From: Fidelibacterota bacterium
GTDB taxonomy: Bacteria; Fidelibacterota; Marinisomatia; Marinisomatales; Marinisomataceae
Assembly: GCA_018672235.1 (NCBI GenBank)
Contig: JABHGE010000016.1
Coordinates: 1 to 27,304, forward strand
DNA length: 27,304 nt
Direction of reading: 5' to 3'
Shown: one piece after another, positions 8,686 to 21,689 of the stretch
Numbering within the stretch: position 1 is the first letter of the stretch
How the letters are laid out: the number at the start of each line of letters is the position of its first letter
Program-made: the position numbers and the translations under genes
Notes under the pieces: generated by a model
Seen by the model: only the letters and a program-made list of their open reading frames with translations
Told to the model about the DNA's origin: nothing
Database searches by the model: none

Positions 8686-9211
8686 AAAAATAAAAATATA
8701 TTCTGAAGCGCTATGCGGCAGTGTCAATACTTTTGAGATTTTTCAAGATATTAAGACATCGTTGCATGCACTTGCTGCTTTATCAACAAAAGATCTGACA
8801 ATTAATACATTCTTAAAATCAAAGTCAGTTGATTCAAGTCAAAAGATGAACATATTTAGGGAATCCTTTAAAGAAATTTTTAATGAGAGTTTGCTGGATA
8901 TGCTATTGGTTATGATTGAAAATGATGATATGAATTTATTGATGGATGTAAATAAGAGTTTTGTAGTTTTGGCCAAAAAGAAGTTAAATATAGCATACGT
9001 AGAGGTGACATCATCTTCAGATATGGATGAAAATGCGAGAATGCAATTATCAGATGCGCTAAGCGACATAACAAAAAAGAAAATTGATATTAATTTTTCA
9101 ACTAATAAAGATTTAATTGGAGGATTAAAGATTAAGATTGATGATATGCTATTTGATAGCAGCTTAAAAACAAAATTAGAAAACGCAAAATCAAAATTAA
9201 TAGGGGTATAG
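8669..9211 (+). CDS. atpH: F1 ATP synthase subunit delta
   Basis: YSEAL near the N-terminus and DLIGGLKIKIDDMLFDSSL at the C-terminus; lies between atpF and atpA. Confidence 0.93.
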   Translation: MKQNHKKIKIYSEALCGSVNTFEIFQDIKTSLHALAALSTKDLTINTFLKSKSVDSSQKMNIFRESFKEIFNESLLDMLLVMIENDDMNLLMDVNKSFVVLAKKKLNIAYVEVTSSSDMDENARMQLSDALSDITKKKIDINFSTNKDLIGGLKIKIDDMLFDSSLKTKLENAKSKLIGV

Positions 9212-10729
9212 ATGGATATTAAAACTAATCAAATCGGTGATTTACTACGCGACCAAATAAAAAATATTGACAACAATGTCGATGTAAATGAAGTTGGTGA
9301 GGTTTTAGAAATTGGAGACGGAGTTGCTAGAACTAGTGGCTTAGGGAACGTGATGAGTTCTGAGCTTGTAGAATTTCCAAATAATGTATTTGGTATGGCA
9401 TTGAATTTAGAAGAAGAAAATGTAGGTGTTGTACTTTTTGGAGATAGTAGTCTTGTTAAAGAAGGTGATATTGTAAAAAGAACAGGAAAAGTAGTAGAAG
9501 TTCCTGTAGGAAAAGAATTATTGGGTCGAGTAGTTAGTCCTTTAGGTGTACCTATGGATGGTAAAGGTCCAATCAATGCAAAACATACACTGCCTATCGA
9601 AAGAAAAGCATTGGGAGTGATGCAAAGATTTCCAGTAAAAGAGCCCTTACAAACAGGTTTAAAATCAATCGATAGTATGATACCAATCGGTAGAGGTCAA
9701 AGAGAATTGATTATTGGAGATAGACAGACAGGAAAATCTGCTATCGCTACGGATACAATTATTAATCAAAAATCTACTCATGATGGTGATAGCCCAGTTT
9801 ATTGTATTTATGTCGCAATTGGTCAGAAAGCATCTACAGTAGCAAAGTTGGTAGGTGAGTTAGAGGCAAATGGCGCAATGGAATATACTACAGTAGTTGT
9901 TGCAAATGCATCTGACCCTGCTCCCTTACAATATATAGCACCATATTCCGGATGTGCAATGGGAGAATATTATAGAGATAATAGTATGCATGGATTAATT
10001 GTTTATGATGATTTATCTAAACAGGCTACAGCTTATAGGCAGATGTCATTAGTATTGAGACGACCTCCGGGTAGAGAGGCTTTTCCTGGAGATGTATTTT
10101 ACTTGCATAGTAGATTATTAGAAAGATCTTCAAAACTATCTGAAGATTTAGGTTCAGGTTCGTTGACTGCATTACCAGTTATTGAAACTCAAGAAGGGGA
10201 TGTGTCAGCATATATTCCAACAAATGTAATTTCTATTACTGATGGACAAATATATCTAGATACTAATTTATTTAATGGTGGAGTCAGACCCGCAGTAGAT
10301 GTAGGACTTTCTGTATCGAGAGTTGGTGGAAGTGCACAGATCAAAGCAATGAAAAAAATTGCTGGTAAGTTGAGATTAGACTTAGCACAGTTCAGAGAGT
10401 TAGAAGCATTTGCAAAATTTGCGTCTGATTTAGATGAAACTACAGCAGCACAAATTACTAGAGGGCGTCGAATGGTTGAGATATTGAAACAAAATCAATA
10501 TGTACCAATGTCTACAGCCAACCAAGTAGTAATTATTTATGCAGCTAGTCAGGGATATCTTGATGATGTAGAGATTGAATCCGTTAAGGAATTTGAAGTT
10601 GGCTTGCTAGAGCATTTTGCATCTAAAGCTTCAGACTGTATTAAAGAAATTAACGATACGGGAGATATCGGAGATGACTTAGCTGATAAGATGAATAAGA
10701 TAATTGAGGAATTTAAAAAGAGCTTCTAA
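9212..10729 (+). CDS. atpA: F1 ATP synthase subunit alpha
   Basis: [40 protein letters not shown] and [12 protein letters not shown]. Confidence 0.99.
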   Translation: MDIKTNQIGDLLRDQIKNIDNNVDVNEVGEVLEIGDGVARTSGLGNVMSSELVEFPNNVFGMALNLEEENVGVVLFGDSSLVKEGDIVKRTGKVVEVPVGKELLGRVVSPLGVPMDGKGPINAKHTLPIERKALGVMQRFPVKEPLQTGLKSIDSMIPIGRGQRELIIGDRQTGKSAIATDTIINQKSTHDGDSPVYCIYVAIGQKASTVAKLVGELEANGAMEYTTVVVANASDPAPLQYIAPYSGCAMGEYYRDNSMHGLIVYDDLSKQATAYRQMSLVLRRPPGREAFPGDVFYLHSRLLERSSKLSEDLGSGSLTALPVIETQEGDVSAYIPTNVISITDGQIYLDTNLFNGGVRPAVDVGLSVSRVGGSAQIKAMKKIAGKLRLDLAQFRELEAFAKFASDLDETTAAQITRGRRMVEILKQNQYVPMSTANQVVIIYAASQGYLDDVEIESVKEFEVGLLEHFASKASDCIKEINDTGDIGDDLADKMNKIIEEFKKSF

Positions 10730-10731
10730 TT

Positions 10732-13273
<2,542 letters not shown>

Positions 13274-13291
13274 TTATTACATTGGTACTAT

Positions 13292-15046
13292 ATGGAATCT
13301 AGAACACATAATTGTGGTGAATTAACCAAGAAGAATATTGATAAAAACGTTCGATTGTTTGGATGGGTTAATTCGACACGTACACATGGAAAAATTATTT
13401 TTATTGATATCAGAGATAGATTTGGTAAAACTCAAATTATTTTAAATACAGATTCTCTTATAGGTAAAGGAAAAACCTTATCGAATGAAGATGTAATATC
13501 AGTCTCTGGTAATGTCATAGCTAGATCATCAGACTTAGTAAATAATAATATGACAACAGGAGAAATCGAAGTTGTTGCAGAAGAGCTAGATATTTTGAAT
13601 ATGGCTTCTCCACTTCCAATGTCTATTCATGATAGATCAGCTTCTACTGAAGAGCATCGATTAAAGTATCGTTATTTAGAGTTAAGAAATTCTGAATTAC
13701 AAAATAATTTAATTCTTAGACATAAGACAACTCAGGTAGTTAGAAATTTCCTAAATGATCAAAATTTTATTGAAATCGAAACCCCAGTATTAACTAAGTC
13801 TACACCTGAAGGTGCAAGAGATTATTTAGTGCCAAGTAGGGTTCATAATGGAAAATTTTATGCTTTACCTCAATCACCTCAAATGTATAAACAATTGTTT
13901 ATGATTTCTGGTTTAGATAGATATTTTCAGATTGTGAAATGTTTTAGAGATGAAGATTTGAGGTCAGATAGACAGCCTGAATTTACTCAAATTGATTTAG
14001 AAATGAGTTTTGTCGACGAGCAACATGTAAGAGATCTAGTAGAAGAACTTATTTCAACTGTATTTTATAAAGTTAATAATGTCAAAATGGAAACCCCATT
14101 TCCTACCCTATCTTATAAAGATGCAATGAAAAGATTTGGTAGTGATAAGCCCGATCTTAGATATGGAATAGAGTTGCAAGATTTTAAATCTTTTTCTGAT
14201 CAGTCTGATTTTCAAGCATTTAAAAGTTCAGAGTCTGTGAATATGATCAATGTAGATAATTCAGACTTTTTTTCTAGAAAAATTATTTCTGAACTAGATA
14301 CTTACGCCCAATCACTTGGAGCTAAAGGGCTTGCTTGGATGAAGTATAAAGCAAATTCTTTTGAAGGAGGTATATCAAAATTTTTCAATCAAGACCTTCA
14401 AAATACTATTGCATCAAATTGTGATATTCAGAGTGATTCTATATGTTTTATGGTTGCTGATAACTCTCAAATATCTTTGAAAGTATTAGGGAAGATAAGA
14501 GTGAAAGTTGCAGAAATGCTAAATTTATGCGATGACTCAATATTTAAGCCAGTATGGATTGTAGATTTTCCATTGTTTAGTTGGGATGAAGATAATAAAC
14601 GCTTTGATTCTGTGCATCATCCTTTCGTAGCTCCAAAAGATAAAGATACTAAAATTGCAATATCAGAACCTGAAAAAGCTATATCAAAAGGTTATGATAT
14701 AGTAATCAATGGTTATGAAGTAGCAGGAGGGTCTATTAGAATCCATGATCAAAAACTACAACAGGAAATTTTTGAAACTATGAACCTTACTAAAGAAGAT
14801 ATTAATAGTAAGTTTGGATTTTTCATTGATGCTCTAAAATTTGGAACTCCTCCTCATGGCGGTATTGCATTTGGATTAGATAGATTGGTAATGTTGTTAG
14901 CTGGTGTAAATAATATCAGAGACGTAATCGCATTTCCAAAAACTACTTCAGCGTCTGCACTCATGGAAGACTCCCCTAATACTGTTTCAGATGAACAATT
15001 AGACGATCTAGGTATAGGTATTAAAGAGAATGAAAAAAACATTTGA
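13292..15046 (+). CDS. aspS: Aspartate--tRNA ligase (possibly non-discriminating, Asp/Asn)
   Basis: RTHNCGEL, TPEGARDYLVPSR, LPQSPQ, FRDEDLRSDRQPEFTQID, PPHGGIAFGLDR and IAFPKT. Confidence 0.98.
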   Translation: MESRTHNCGELTKKNIDKNVRLFGWVNSTRTHGKIIFIDIRDRFGKTQIILNTDSLIGKGKTLSNEDVISVSGNVIARSSDLVNNNMTTGEIEVVAEELDILNMASPLPMSIHDRSASTEEHRLKYRYLELRNSELQNNLILRHKTTQVVRNFLNDQNFIEIETPVLTKSTPEGARDYLVPSRVHNGKFYALPQSPQMYKQLFMISGLDRYFQIVKCFRDEDLRSDRQPEFTQIDLEMSFVDEQHVRDLVEELISTVFYKVNNVKMETPFPTLSYKDAMKRFGSDKPDLRYGIELQDFKSFSDQSDFQAFKSSESVNMINVDNSDFFSRKIISELDTYAQSLGAKGLAWMKYKANSFEGGISKFFNQDLQNTIASNCDIQSDSICFMVADNSQISLKVLGKIRVKVAEMLNLCDDSIFKPVWIVDFPLFSWDEDNKRFDSVHHPFVAPKDKDTKIAISEPEKAISKGYDIVINGYEVAGGSIRIHDQKLQQEIFETMNLTKEDINSKFGFFIDALKFGTPPHGGIAFGLDRLVMLLAGVNNIRDVIAFPKTTSASALMEDSPNTVSDEQLDDLGIGIKENEKNI

Positions 15047-15968
15047 AATAAAAGGAGTTGATCTAACAGAGCTTTATGGCATCGGCGATCAAAATATCCT
15101 TTTTCTTGAAAAATCTCTTCCATTAAATATTAACATTCGCGGTAATAGTATTTTTTGCCAAGGTCTCAAAAAAGATTTAGAGCATTTTTCTGTAATCTTA
15201 GGCCATATGGTTGATTCCATTAAAAAAGGTAATAATCTTAGTACAAAGGATATCAATCAATTATTGGCAATGAATATGCAGAAGAGCCTTGATAATAAAA
15301 AATCTATTAATAATGTTATTTTTTATGGTAAAAAAGGACCTATACATGCTAAGACAGATGGGCAGAGAAATTTATTAGAATCCTTATATAAAAATGAAAT
15401 TGTTATATCTGTAGGACCTGCTGGAACGGGAAAAACATTTTTGGCAGTTGCCCACGCACTTTCTTTATTAGAAAAGCATGAAATTGAAAAAATTATCTTT
15501 TGTAGGCCTGCGGTAGAAGCAGGAGAAAGTTTGGGATTTCTCCCAGGAGACTTGAAAGATAAAATTGATCCATATCTTGGACCATTATATGATGCGTTAA
15601 ATGAATTATTACCAAAAAGTAAGATTCAAATGTTTCTTAGCAAGGGAATTATAGAAATTATTCCTTTGGCTTATATGAGAGGAAGAACAATCAATAGATC
15701 TGTAATGATCTTAGATGAAGCTCAAAATGCATCTACCATTCAAATGAAAATGTTTTTAACTAGGTTAGGTATAGATTCTAGAGCGATAATTACTGGAGAT
15801 ATTTCTCAGATTGATTTACCAAAAAAATCTAACTCAGGATTGATTAGTATTTTGAGTATTTTAAAAAACATAAAAGATATTGGAATTGTAGAATTAAATG
15901 AGCATGATATCGCCAGACACCGTTTAGTGAAGCATATTATAAATGCATACTCAAAACTGGAAGGATAA
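15030..15968 (+). CDS. phoH: PhoH family ATPase (YbeZ-like)
   Basis: Walker A GPAGTGKT, RPAVEAGESLGFLPG, PLAYMRGRT, LDEAQN and GDISQIDL. Confidence 0.95.
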   Translation: MKKTFEIKGVDLTELYGIGDQNILFLEKSLPLNINIRGNSIFCQGLKKDLEHFSVILGHMVDSIKKGNNLSTKDINQLLAMNMQKSLDNKKSINNVIFYGKKGPIHAKTDGQRNLLESLYKNEIVISVGPAGTGKTFLAVAHALSLLEKHEIEKIIFCRPAVEAGESLGFLPGDLKDKIDPYLGPLYDALNELLPKSKIQMFLSKGIIEIIPLAYMRGRTINRSVMILDEAQNASTIQMKMFLTRLGIDSRAIITGDISQIDLPKKSNSGLISILSILKNIKDIGIVELNEHDIARHRLVKHIINAYSKLEG

Positions 15969-15981
15969 AAGGAAAATTATA

Positions 15982-17046
15982 ATGAATAAAGGTATATTTG
16001 AAAGAATCAGTAAAACAAATCATGAGCAAATAGTTTACTGCAATGACAAAAGTTCTGGCTTAAAAGCAATTATAGCCATCCATAATACTGTTTTAGGTCC
16101 TGCTCTAGGAGGATGTAGAATGTATCCTTATAAGAATGAACACGATGCTTTAGTTGATGTTTTGAGACTTTCGAGAGGAATGACATACAAAGCCTCAATA
16201 GCAAATTTAAATTTAGGAGGAGGGAAAGCAGTAATCATTGCAGACCCAGCTTCAGATAAATCAGAAGTACTTTTAAGATCTTTTGGAAAATTTGTAGAAA
16301 GTTTGAATGGAGCATATATTACAGCAGAAGATGTTGGTATGTCAGTACATGATATGGAGTTCATTAGGATGGAGACTAATCATGTTACTGGAATTAAAAG
16401 AGCTATGGGTGGAAGTGGAGATCCATCAATATTAACTGGATATGGCGTATTTGTCGGTATGCAGGCTGCGCTAAAGAAAAGATTAGGTATAACTTCAATG
16501 AGAAATTTGAAGGTCGGAATACAAGGGTTTGGAAACGTAGGTTATAATTTATGTAAACATCTTCACAAAGCAGGTGCAATAATTTATGGCTATGATATAG
16601 ATCAAGAAAAATTAGATAATGTGGTTAATGCTTTTGGAGTCATACCTTTATCAAATGAAGAATTAGTTTCTGCAGATCTAGATATATTTTCACCATGCGC
16701 TTTAGGCGCGGTGATTAATCCAGAATCAATTAAAAAATTAAAATGCTCTATTATTGCTGGGGCAGCAAATAATCAACTTGAAAAAGAATCTAGAGATTCA
16801 AAGTTATTGCTAAGCAAAAAAATAATGTATGTTCCTGACTATGTTATTAACGCTGGCGGATTAATAAATGTCGCAAATGAGCTTCAAGGATATAATAAAG
16901 AAAAAGCTCACTATCAAGTAGAGGGTATATACTATATTCTTATGAGAATATTTGACTATGCAGCAACAAATAATATTTCAACTCTTGAAGCAGCAAACCT
17001 ACTTGCAGAGAGAAGAGTAAATGAATTTATTAAATGGCATCATTAA
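15982..17046 (+). CDS. Glu/Leu/Phe/Val dehydrogenase family protein, most like leucine dehydrogenase
   Basis: HEQIVYC, GPALGGCRM, LRLSRGMTYK, GGGKAVI, YITAEDVG, GFGNVG, AGAANNQL and PDYVINAGG. Start moved to ATG 15982, which has AAGGA at 15969-15973. Confidence 0.92.
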   Translation: MNKGIFERISKTNHEQIVYCNDKSSGLKAIIAIHNTVLGPALGGCRMYPYKNEHDALVDVLRLSRGMTYKASIANLNLGGGKAVIIADPASDKSEVLLRSFGKFVESLNGAYITAEDVGMSVHDMEFIRMETNHVTGIKRAMGGSGDPSILTGYGVFVGMQAALKKRLGITSMRNLKVGIQGFGNVGYNLCKHLHKAGAIIYGYDIDQEKLDNVVNAFGVIPLSNEELVSADLDIFSPCALGAVINPESIKKLKCSIIAGAANNQLEKESRDSKLLLSKKIMYVPDYVINAGGLINVANELQGYNKEKAHYQVEGIYYILMRIFDYAATNNISTLEAANLLAERRVNEFIKWHH

Positions 17047-17462
17047 TGAGTAAAAAACAACATAGAAAAAAAGCCAGAGAAGCAGTATTGCAAGCCTTGT
17101 ATGCAAAGCATGTGTCTAATGAAGATCAAAAAAAAGTTTTGCATGATATTAATGAACGCTATCAGTTTGATAAGCCAACAAAAAAATTCGTGAATGAATT
17201 ATTTAAGCTCACAATAAAGAACTCTGAAAGTTTAGATAAAAAAATTGAAGACTCATTAGAAAATTGGACTCTTGATAGAATTAATATTATTGATAGATTA
17301 ATTATGCAGATGTCAATATGTGAAATGTCACTCATGAAAGAGTATGACATATCCTATAAAGTTACTATTAGCTCCGCTATAGAAAATGCTAAAAAATTTA
17401 GCTCTGAAGATAGTACTGCATTTGTCAATGGAGTATTAGACTCCGTATATAAAAAATTATAA
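17046..17462 (+). CDS. nusB: Transcription antitermination factor NusB
   Basis: RKKAREAVLQALY, WTLDRINIIDRLI and FVNGVLD. Start taken at the TAATG overlap (17046); alternative ATG at 17034. Confidence 0.93.
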   Translation: MSKKQHRKKAREAVLQALYAKHVSNEDQKKVLHDINERYQFDKPTKKFVNELFKLTIKNSESLDKKIEDSLENWTLDRINIIDRLIMQMSICEMSLMKEYDISYKVTISSAIENAKKFSSEDSTAFVNGVLDSVYKKL

Positions 17463-17467
17463 TTGAT

Positions 17468-20400
17468 ATGAGTGTATTAACAAAAATATTTGGTACAAAA
17501 TCTGGAAGAGAAATTAAGCAGATTAAACCTTTAGTCGGTCAGATTAACAGTCTATATGATTCATTACAAGGAAAAAATGAATCGTACTTATCAGAAAGAA
17601 CTCACGAATTACAAAAATATGTACAGGAAAAAATTCAGACTATAGAAAGTGAAAAATTAAAAGATATTACCGATAGAAAAGCAATACAGAAAATACGTAC
17701 AGAAATTGAAAAAGAAATATTAGACGATATCTTAGTAGAAGCTTTTGCTTTAGTCAAACATGCTTCTCGATTATTATGTGGGAAAAAATGGACAGCTGTT
17801 GGTCAAAAAATTGAATGGGAAATGATTCCTTATGATGAACAATTAATTGGTGGAATTGTTCTTCATCAAGGAAAGATTTCTGAAATGAAAACTGGAGAAG
17901 GAAAAACTTTAGTTGCAACGATGCCTATTTATTTAAATGCTTTATCGGGTAGAGGAGTGCACGTTGTAACTGTTAATGATTATTTAGCCCAACGAGATTC
18001 AGAATGGATGGGCAAGGTTTTTGAGATATTAGGTATGTCTGTTGGTCATATTCTAAATTCAATGAATCCAGATCAAAGAAAAGAAGCTTATAGTTGCGAT
18101 GTTACCTATGGAACTAACAATGAATTTGGGTTTGATTATTTAAGAGATAATATGACAATTGATTCTGAGTATTTAGTACAAAGACCTCATCACTATGCTA
18201 TAGTAGATGAAGTAGATAGTGTTTTAGTAGATGAAGCCAGAACTCCCTTGATTATTTCAGGCCCAGTAGAAACTAAAGTCAATCAGTCTTATATAGACTT
18301 AAGTTCGCCTGTAAAAAATTTAGTCAGACAACAGAAGCGACTAGTTACTGAATTAGTAGCAAAAGCAGAAGCGATATTAAGAATTGATTCGCCATCAGAA
18401 GATCAACGCTATGATGCCGGCTTACTTTTATTAAAAGCAAAAAAGGGATTACCTAAGGATATCAAATTACAAGAATTATTCCAAGAGCAGGGAACGCTAA
18501 AGTTGATGAATAGTGTTGAGTCTGAATATATTGCAGATAAAAAACTACATGAGCTTGATGAAGATTTATACTTTGGTATAGATGAACAGTCGAATAGTGT
18601 AGATCTTTCAGATAAAGGAAGGCTGGCTTTATCTCCAGATAATGTTGAAGCATTTACAATACCTGATTTGGGAGAGATGTTAAGCGATATTGATGAAAGT
18701 AATCTATCGGAGGATCAAAAGAAGTTAAATAAAGAAAAAGCATATCAATTACACTCTCAAAGAAGCGGTAAAATTCATTATTTAAATCAATTACTTAAAG
18801 CATATACATTATTTGATAAAGATGTAGAGTATGTGGTACAAAATGGACAAGTATTAATTGTGGATGAATTTACAGGAAGAGTATTACCTGGAAGAAGATT
18901 TAGCGGAGGCCTTCATCAAGCATTAGAAGCAAAAGAAAATGTTAAGATTGAAAAAGAAACTCAAACCTTAGCCTCAATTACTATTCAAAACTATTTTAGA
19001 ATGTATGATAAATTATCCGGGATGACAGGTACTGCTGACACTGAAGCGGCAGAATTTGAAAAAATTTACAATCTAGGTGTTACGGTAATTCCAACTCATC
19101 GTCCAATTGCCAGAAAAGATTTTAATGATGCTATTTATAAATCAATGCATGCAAAATATAAAGCTGTGATTAATGAAGTAGGTGATTACTTCAAAAAAGG
19201 ACAGCCAGTTTTAATTGGAACAATCTCAGTTGAAGTTTCAGAACTATTATCAAAAATGTTAAAACAAAAAGGCATACCGCATAAGGTGCTAAATGCTAAG
19301 CAGCATCAGAGTGAAGCTGAAATTGTAGCACAGGCAGGATTAAAAAATTCTATTACTATTGCAACAAATATGGCGGGAAGAGGAACAGATATAAAATTAG
19401 GTCCAGGAGTAGAAGAGTTAGGTGGATTGCATATCATTGGTACTGCACGACATGAATCAAGACGTATTGATTTACAGTTACGTGGTCGATCTGGTAGGCA
19501 AGGAGATAGTGGCTCATCAAAGTTTTATATCTCTTTAGAGGATGATTTAATGCGACTTTTCAATATGGATAAACTTGCTTCATATATGGATAGACTTGCA
19601 ATGGATGAAGATCAAGAATTGAGTGCTGGCATGTTAAATCGTGGGGTAAGTAATGCTCAAAAGAAAGTTGAAGAAAGAAATTTTGGTATGCGTAAGCATT
19701 TACTAGAGTATGATGATGTTTTAAACCAACAAAGAGAAATTGTCTATGAACTAAGAAATAAAGCATTATTGTCAGATTCAATCAGATCTTCAATTGATGA
19801 ATTTATAGATGATTTTATTTATGATTTATTTGAGCCATTAGATATTAAGCATATAAAAGATTGGGATTGGACTGCGTTAAATCAAGAATTAAATGCACAC
19901 TTACTGATTGACATAAATCAATCTGATTTTGAAGGAAAAAATAATAAAGAAGAGATATTAAATATCATTCTAGAAAAAGCATTAGAGTACTATAATAAGA
20001 AAGAAGAACTCATACCAGAAGAGTTATTGCGTAAGCTTGAAAAGTTTGTTGTATTAAGGACTATTGATGAAAAATGGCGTAATCATTTACTGGGAATGGA
20101 TCAATTAAGAGAGGGTATTGGTTTAAGAGCATTTGGACAAAAGAATCCTTTAATAGAATATAAAGCAGAAGCATATAATTTTTTTCAAGACTTGATGATA
20201 GGCCTACGAGCTTCAATCGTTCAACGTGTTTATCATGCACAAATTAGTGAAAATACACGTCCAAAACAGATGTCACCTCTTCAAAAAAATATTCAATTAA
20301 CCCATGTTGATCCACAAGACAATCCTCTACCAAAATCAAAAAGTGCTCCGGATGTTAATGTAGAAGATAAAATTGGTAGAAATGATAAGATAAAAATAGT

Positions 20401-20479
20401 ATCTCCGCAGGGAGAACAGTTGGAAGTGAAGTTTAAAAAATTAGAATCATACTTATTGAAAGGATATACACGTGTCTAA
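17468..20479 (+). CDS. secA: Preprotein translocase ATPase SecA
   Basis: MKTGEGKT, VTVNDYLA, IVDEVDSVLVDEARTPLIISG, ATNMAGRGTDI and QLRGRSGRQG. Confidence 0.99.
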   Translation: MSVLTKIFGTKSGREIKQIKPLVGQINSLYDSLQGKNESYLSERTHELQKYVQEKIQTIESEKLKDITDRKAIQKIRTEIEKEILDDILVEAFALVKHASRLLCGKKWTAVGQKIEWEMIPYDEQLIGGIVLHQGKISEMKTGEGKTLVATMPIYLNALSGRGVHVVTVNDYLAQRDSEWMGKVFEILGMSVGHILNSMNPDQRKEAYSCDVTYGTNNEFGFDYLRDNMTIDSEYLVQRPHHYAIVDEVDSVLVDEARTPLIISGPVETKVNQSYIDLSSPVKNLVRQQKRLVTELVAKAEAILRIDSPSEDQRYDAGLLLLKAKKGLPKDIKLQELFQEQGTLKLMNSVESEYIADKKLHELDEDLYFGIDEQSNSVDLSDKGRLALSPDNVEAFTIPDLGEMLSDIDESNLSEDQKKLNKEKAYQLHSQRSGKIHYLNQLLKAYTLFDKDVEYVVQNGQVLIVDEFTGRVLPGRRFSGGLHQALEAKENVKIEKETQTLASITIQNYFRMYDKLSGMTGTADTEAAEFEKIYNLGVTVIPTHRPIARKDFNDAIYKSMHAKYKAVINEVGDYFKKGQPVLIGTISVEVSELLSKMLKQKGIPHKVLNAKQHQSEAEIVAQAGLKNSITIATNMAGRGTDIKLGPGVEELGGLHIIGTARHESRRIDLQLRGRSGRQGDSGSSKFYISLEDDLMRLFNMDKLASYMDRLAMDEDQELSAGMLNRGVSNAQKKVEERNFGMRKHLLEYDDVLNQQREIVYELRNKALLSDSIRSSIDEFIDDFIYDLFEPLDIKHIKDWDWTALNQELNAHLLIDINQSDFEGKNNKEEILNIILEKALEYYNKKEELIPEELLRKLEKFVVLRTIDEKWRNHLLGMDQLREGIGLRAFGQKNPLIEYKAEAYNFFQDLMIGLRASIVQRVYHAQISENTRPKQMSPLQKNIQLTHVDPQDNPLPKSKSAPDVNVEDKIGRNDKIKIVSPQGEQLEVKFKKLESYLLKGYTRV

Positions 20480-21647
20480 TAAAAAAAATAAATTACATTT
20501 TTCAACAAAATCGATTCATGTTGGAAATAAAATTGATGAAACAGGAGCTGCTGTTACTCCGATTCATTTAACATCAACCTTCAGACAACCTTCATTTGAA
20601 AGTTCAGAAAAATATGTTTATTCAAGAGTTGGAAGTCCGACACTGTCGGCTCTAGAGGAAAATTTAGCTATGTTAGAGAACGCTAAATATGCCTATGCAT
20701 TTGCTTCTGGAATGGCAGCAATGACTGCAATCTTTATGATGTTCAAACCGGGAGATCATGTTCTAATTTCACGCAATGTATATGGGGGTGTTTTTAGGTT
20801 AGTGACCAAAGTATTAAATGATAATAAAGTAGATTTTGAATTTATTGATACGACCAACTTAGATATAGTTTCTAATTCAATTAAAGAAAATACAAAATTG
20901 ATTCATCTTGAAACACCAAGTAATCCTCTATTAGAGTTAGCTGATATTGAAAAAATTTCAGATTTAATGCATGAAAAAAATATTTTAGTCAGTGTTGATA
21001 ATACTTTTATGGGTTCTTATGGTCAAAGACCATTAGACCTGGGTGCAGATATTGTAATGCATAGTACAACAAAGTTTATTAGTGGACACTCAGATGTATT
21101 AAGTGGAGCATTGATGGTTAACAGTGATTCAGCAGCTGAGAAAATAACTCTAATTCAAAATACGGGCGGGGCATTGCCGAGTCCATTTGATGCATGGTTA
21201 CTTTTAAGATCAATTAAAACACTTTCTATTAGGGTAGAAAGACAGTTTGAAAATGCAGGAAAGATTGTTGAGTGGCTAGATAATAATCCAAAAGTAACCA
21301 GAGTGATTTATCCTGGGTTAAAATCTCATAAACAATTTGATTTAGCAACAAAGCAACATGCTTCACCGGATGGAAATCCAGTATATGGAAGTATGATTTC
21401 TTTTGAATTAGATAAATCAATAGATATCAATATTTTTGCAAAAAAATTAAGTATTATTACGCTAGCTGAAAGTTTAGGTGGGGTTAAAAGTTTAATATCT
21501 TGTCCCTATTCTATGACCCATGCTTCTGTACCACATGATGAAAAAACTACTTTAGGAATAACGCCTAATTTATTAAGGTTTTCTGTTGGTATTGAGCATG
21601 TAGATGATTTAATTTCAGAACTTGATTTTGCAATGAATCATAATTAA
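20472..21647 (+). CDS. Cys/Met metabolism PLP-dependent enzyme (cystathionine gamma-lyase/gamma-synthase family)
   Basis: YSRVGSPT, FASGMAA, ETPSNP, DNTF, PLP lysine in HSTTKFISGHSD, AESLGG and RFSVGIE. GTG start with AAGGA upstream, 8-nt overlap with secA. Exact specificity cannot be resolved from motifs. Confidence 0.9.
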   Translation: MSNKKNKLHFSTKSIHVGNKIDETGAAVTPIHLTSTFRQPSFESSEKYVYSRVGSPTLSALEENLAMLENAKYAYAFASGMAAMTAIFMMFKPGDHVLISRNVYGGVFRLVTKVLNDNKVDFEFIDTTNLDIVSNSIKENTKLIHLETPSNPLLELADIEKISDLMHEKNILVSVDNTFMGSYGQRPLDLGADIVMHSTTKFISGHSDVLSGALMVNSDSAAEKITLIQNTGGALPSPFDAWLLLRSIKTLSIRVERQFENAGKIVEWLDNNPKVTRVIYPGLKSHKQFDLATKQHASPDGNPVYGSMISFELDKSIDINIFAKKLSIITLAESLGGVKSLISCPYSMTHASVPHDEKTTLGITPNLLRFSVGIEHVDDLISELDFAMNHN

Positions 21648-21671
21648 CGCTTTTTTTAGTTAATTCTTTTT
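21642..21671 (+). terminator. Weak candidate intrinsic terminator before the tRNA
   Basis: AATTAAC (21642-21648) pairs with GTTAATT (21659-21665) around a 10-nt loop, followed by CTTTTT. The stem is AT-rich and weak. Confidence 0.25.
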
Positions 21672-21689
21672 ATATTGTTAAAAATATAT

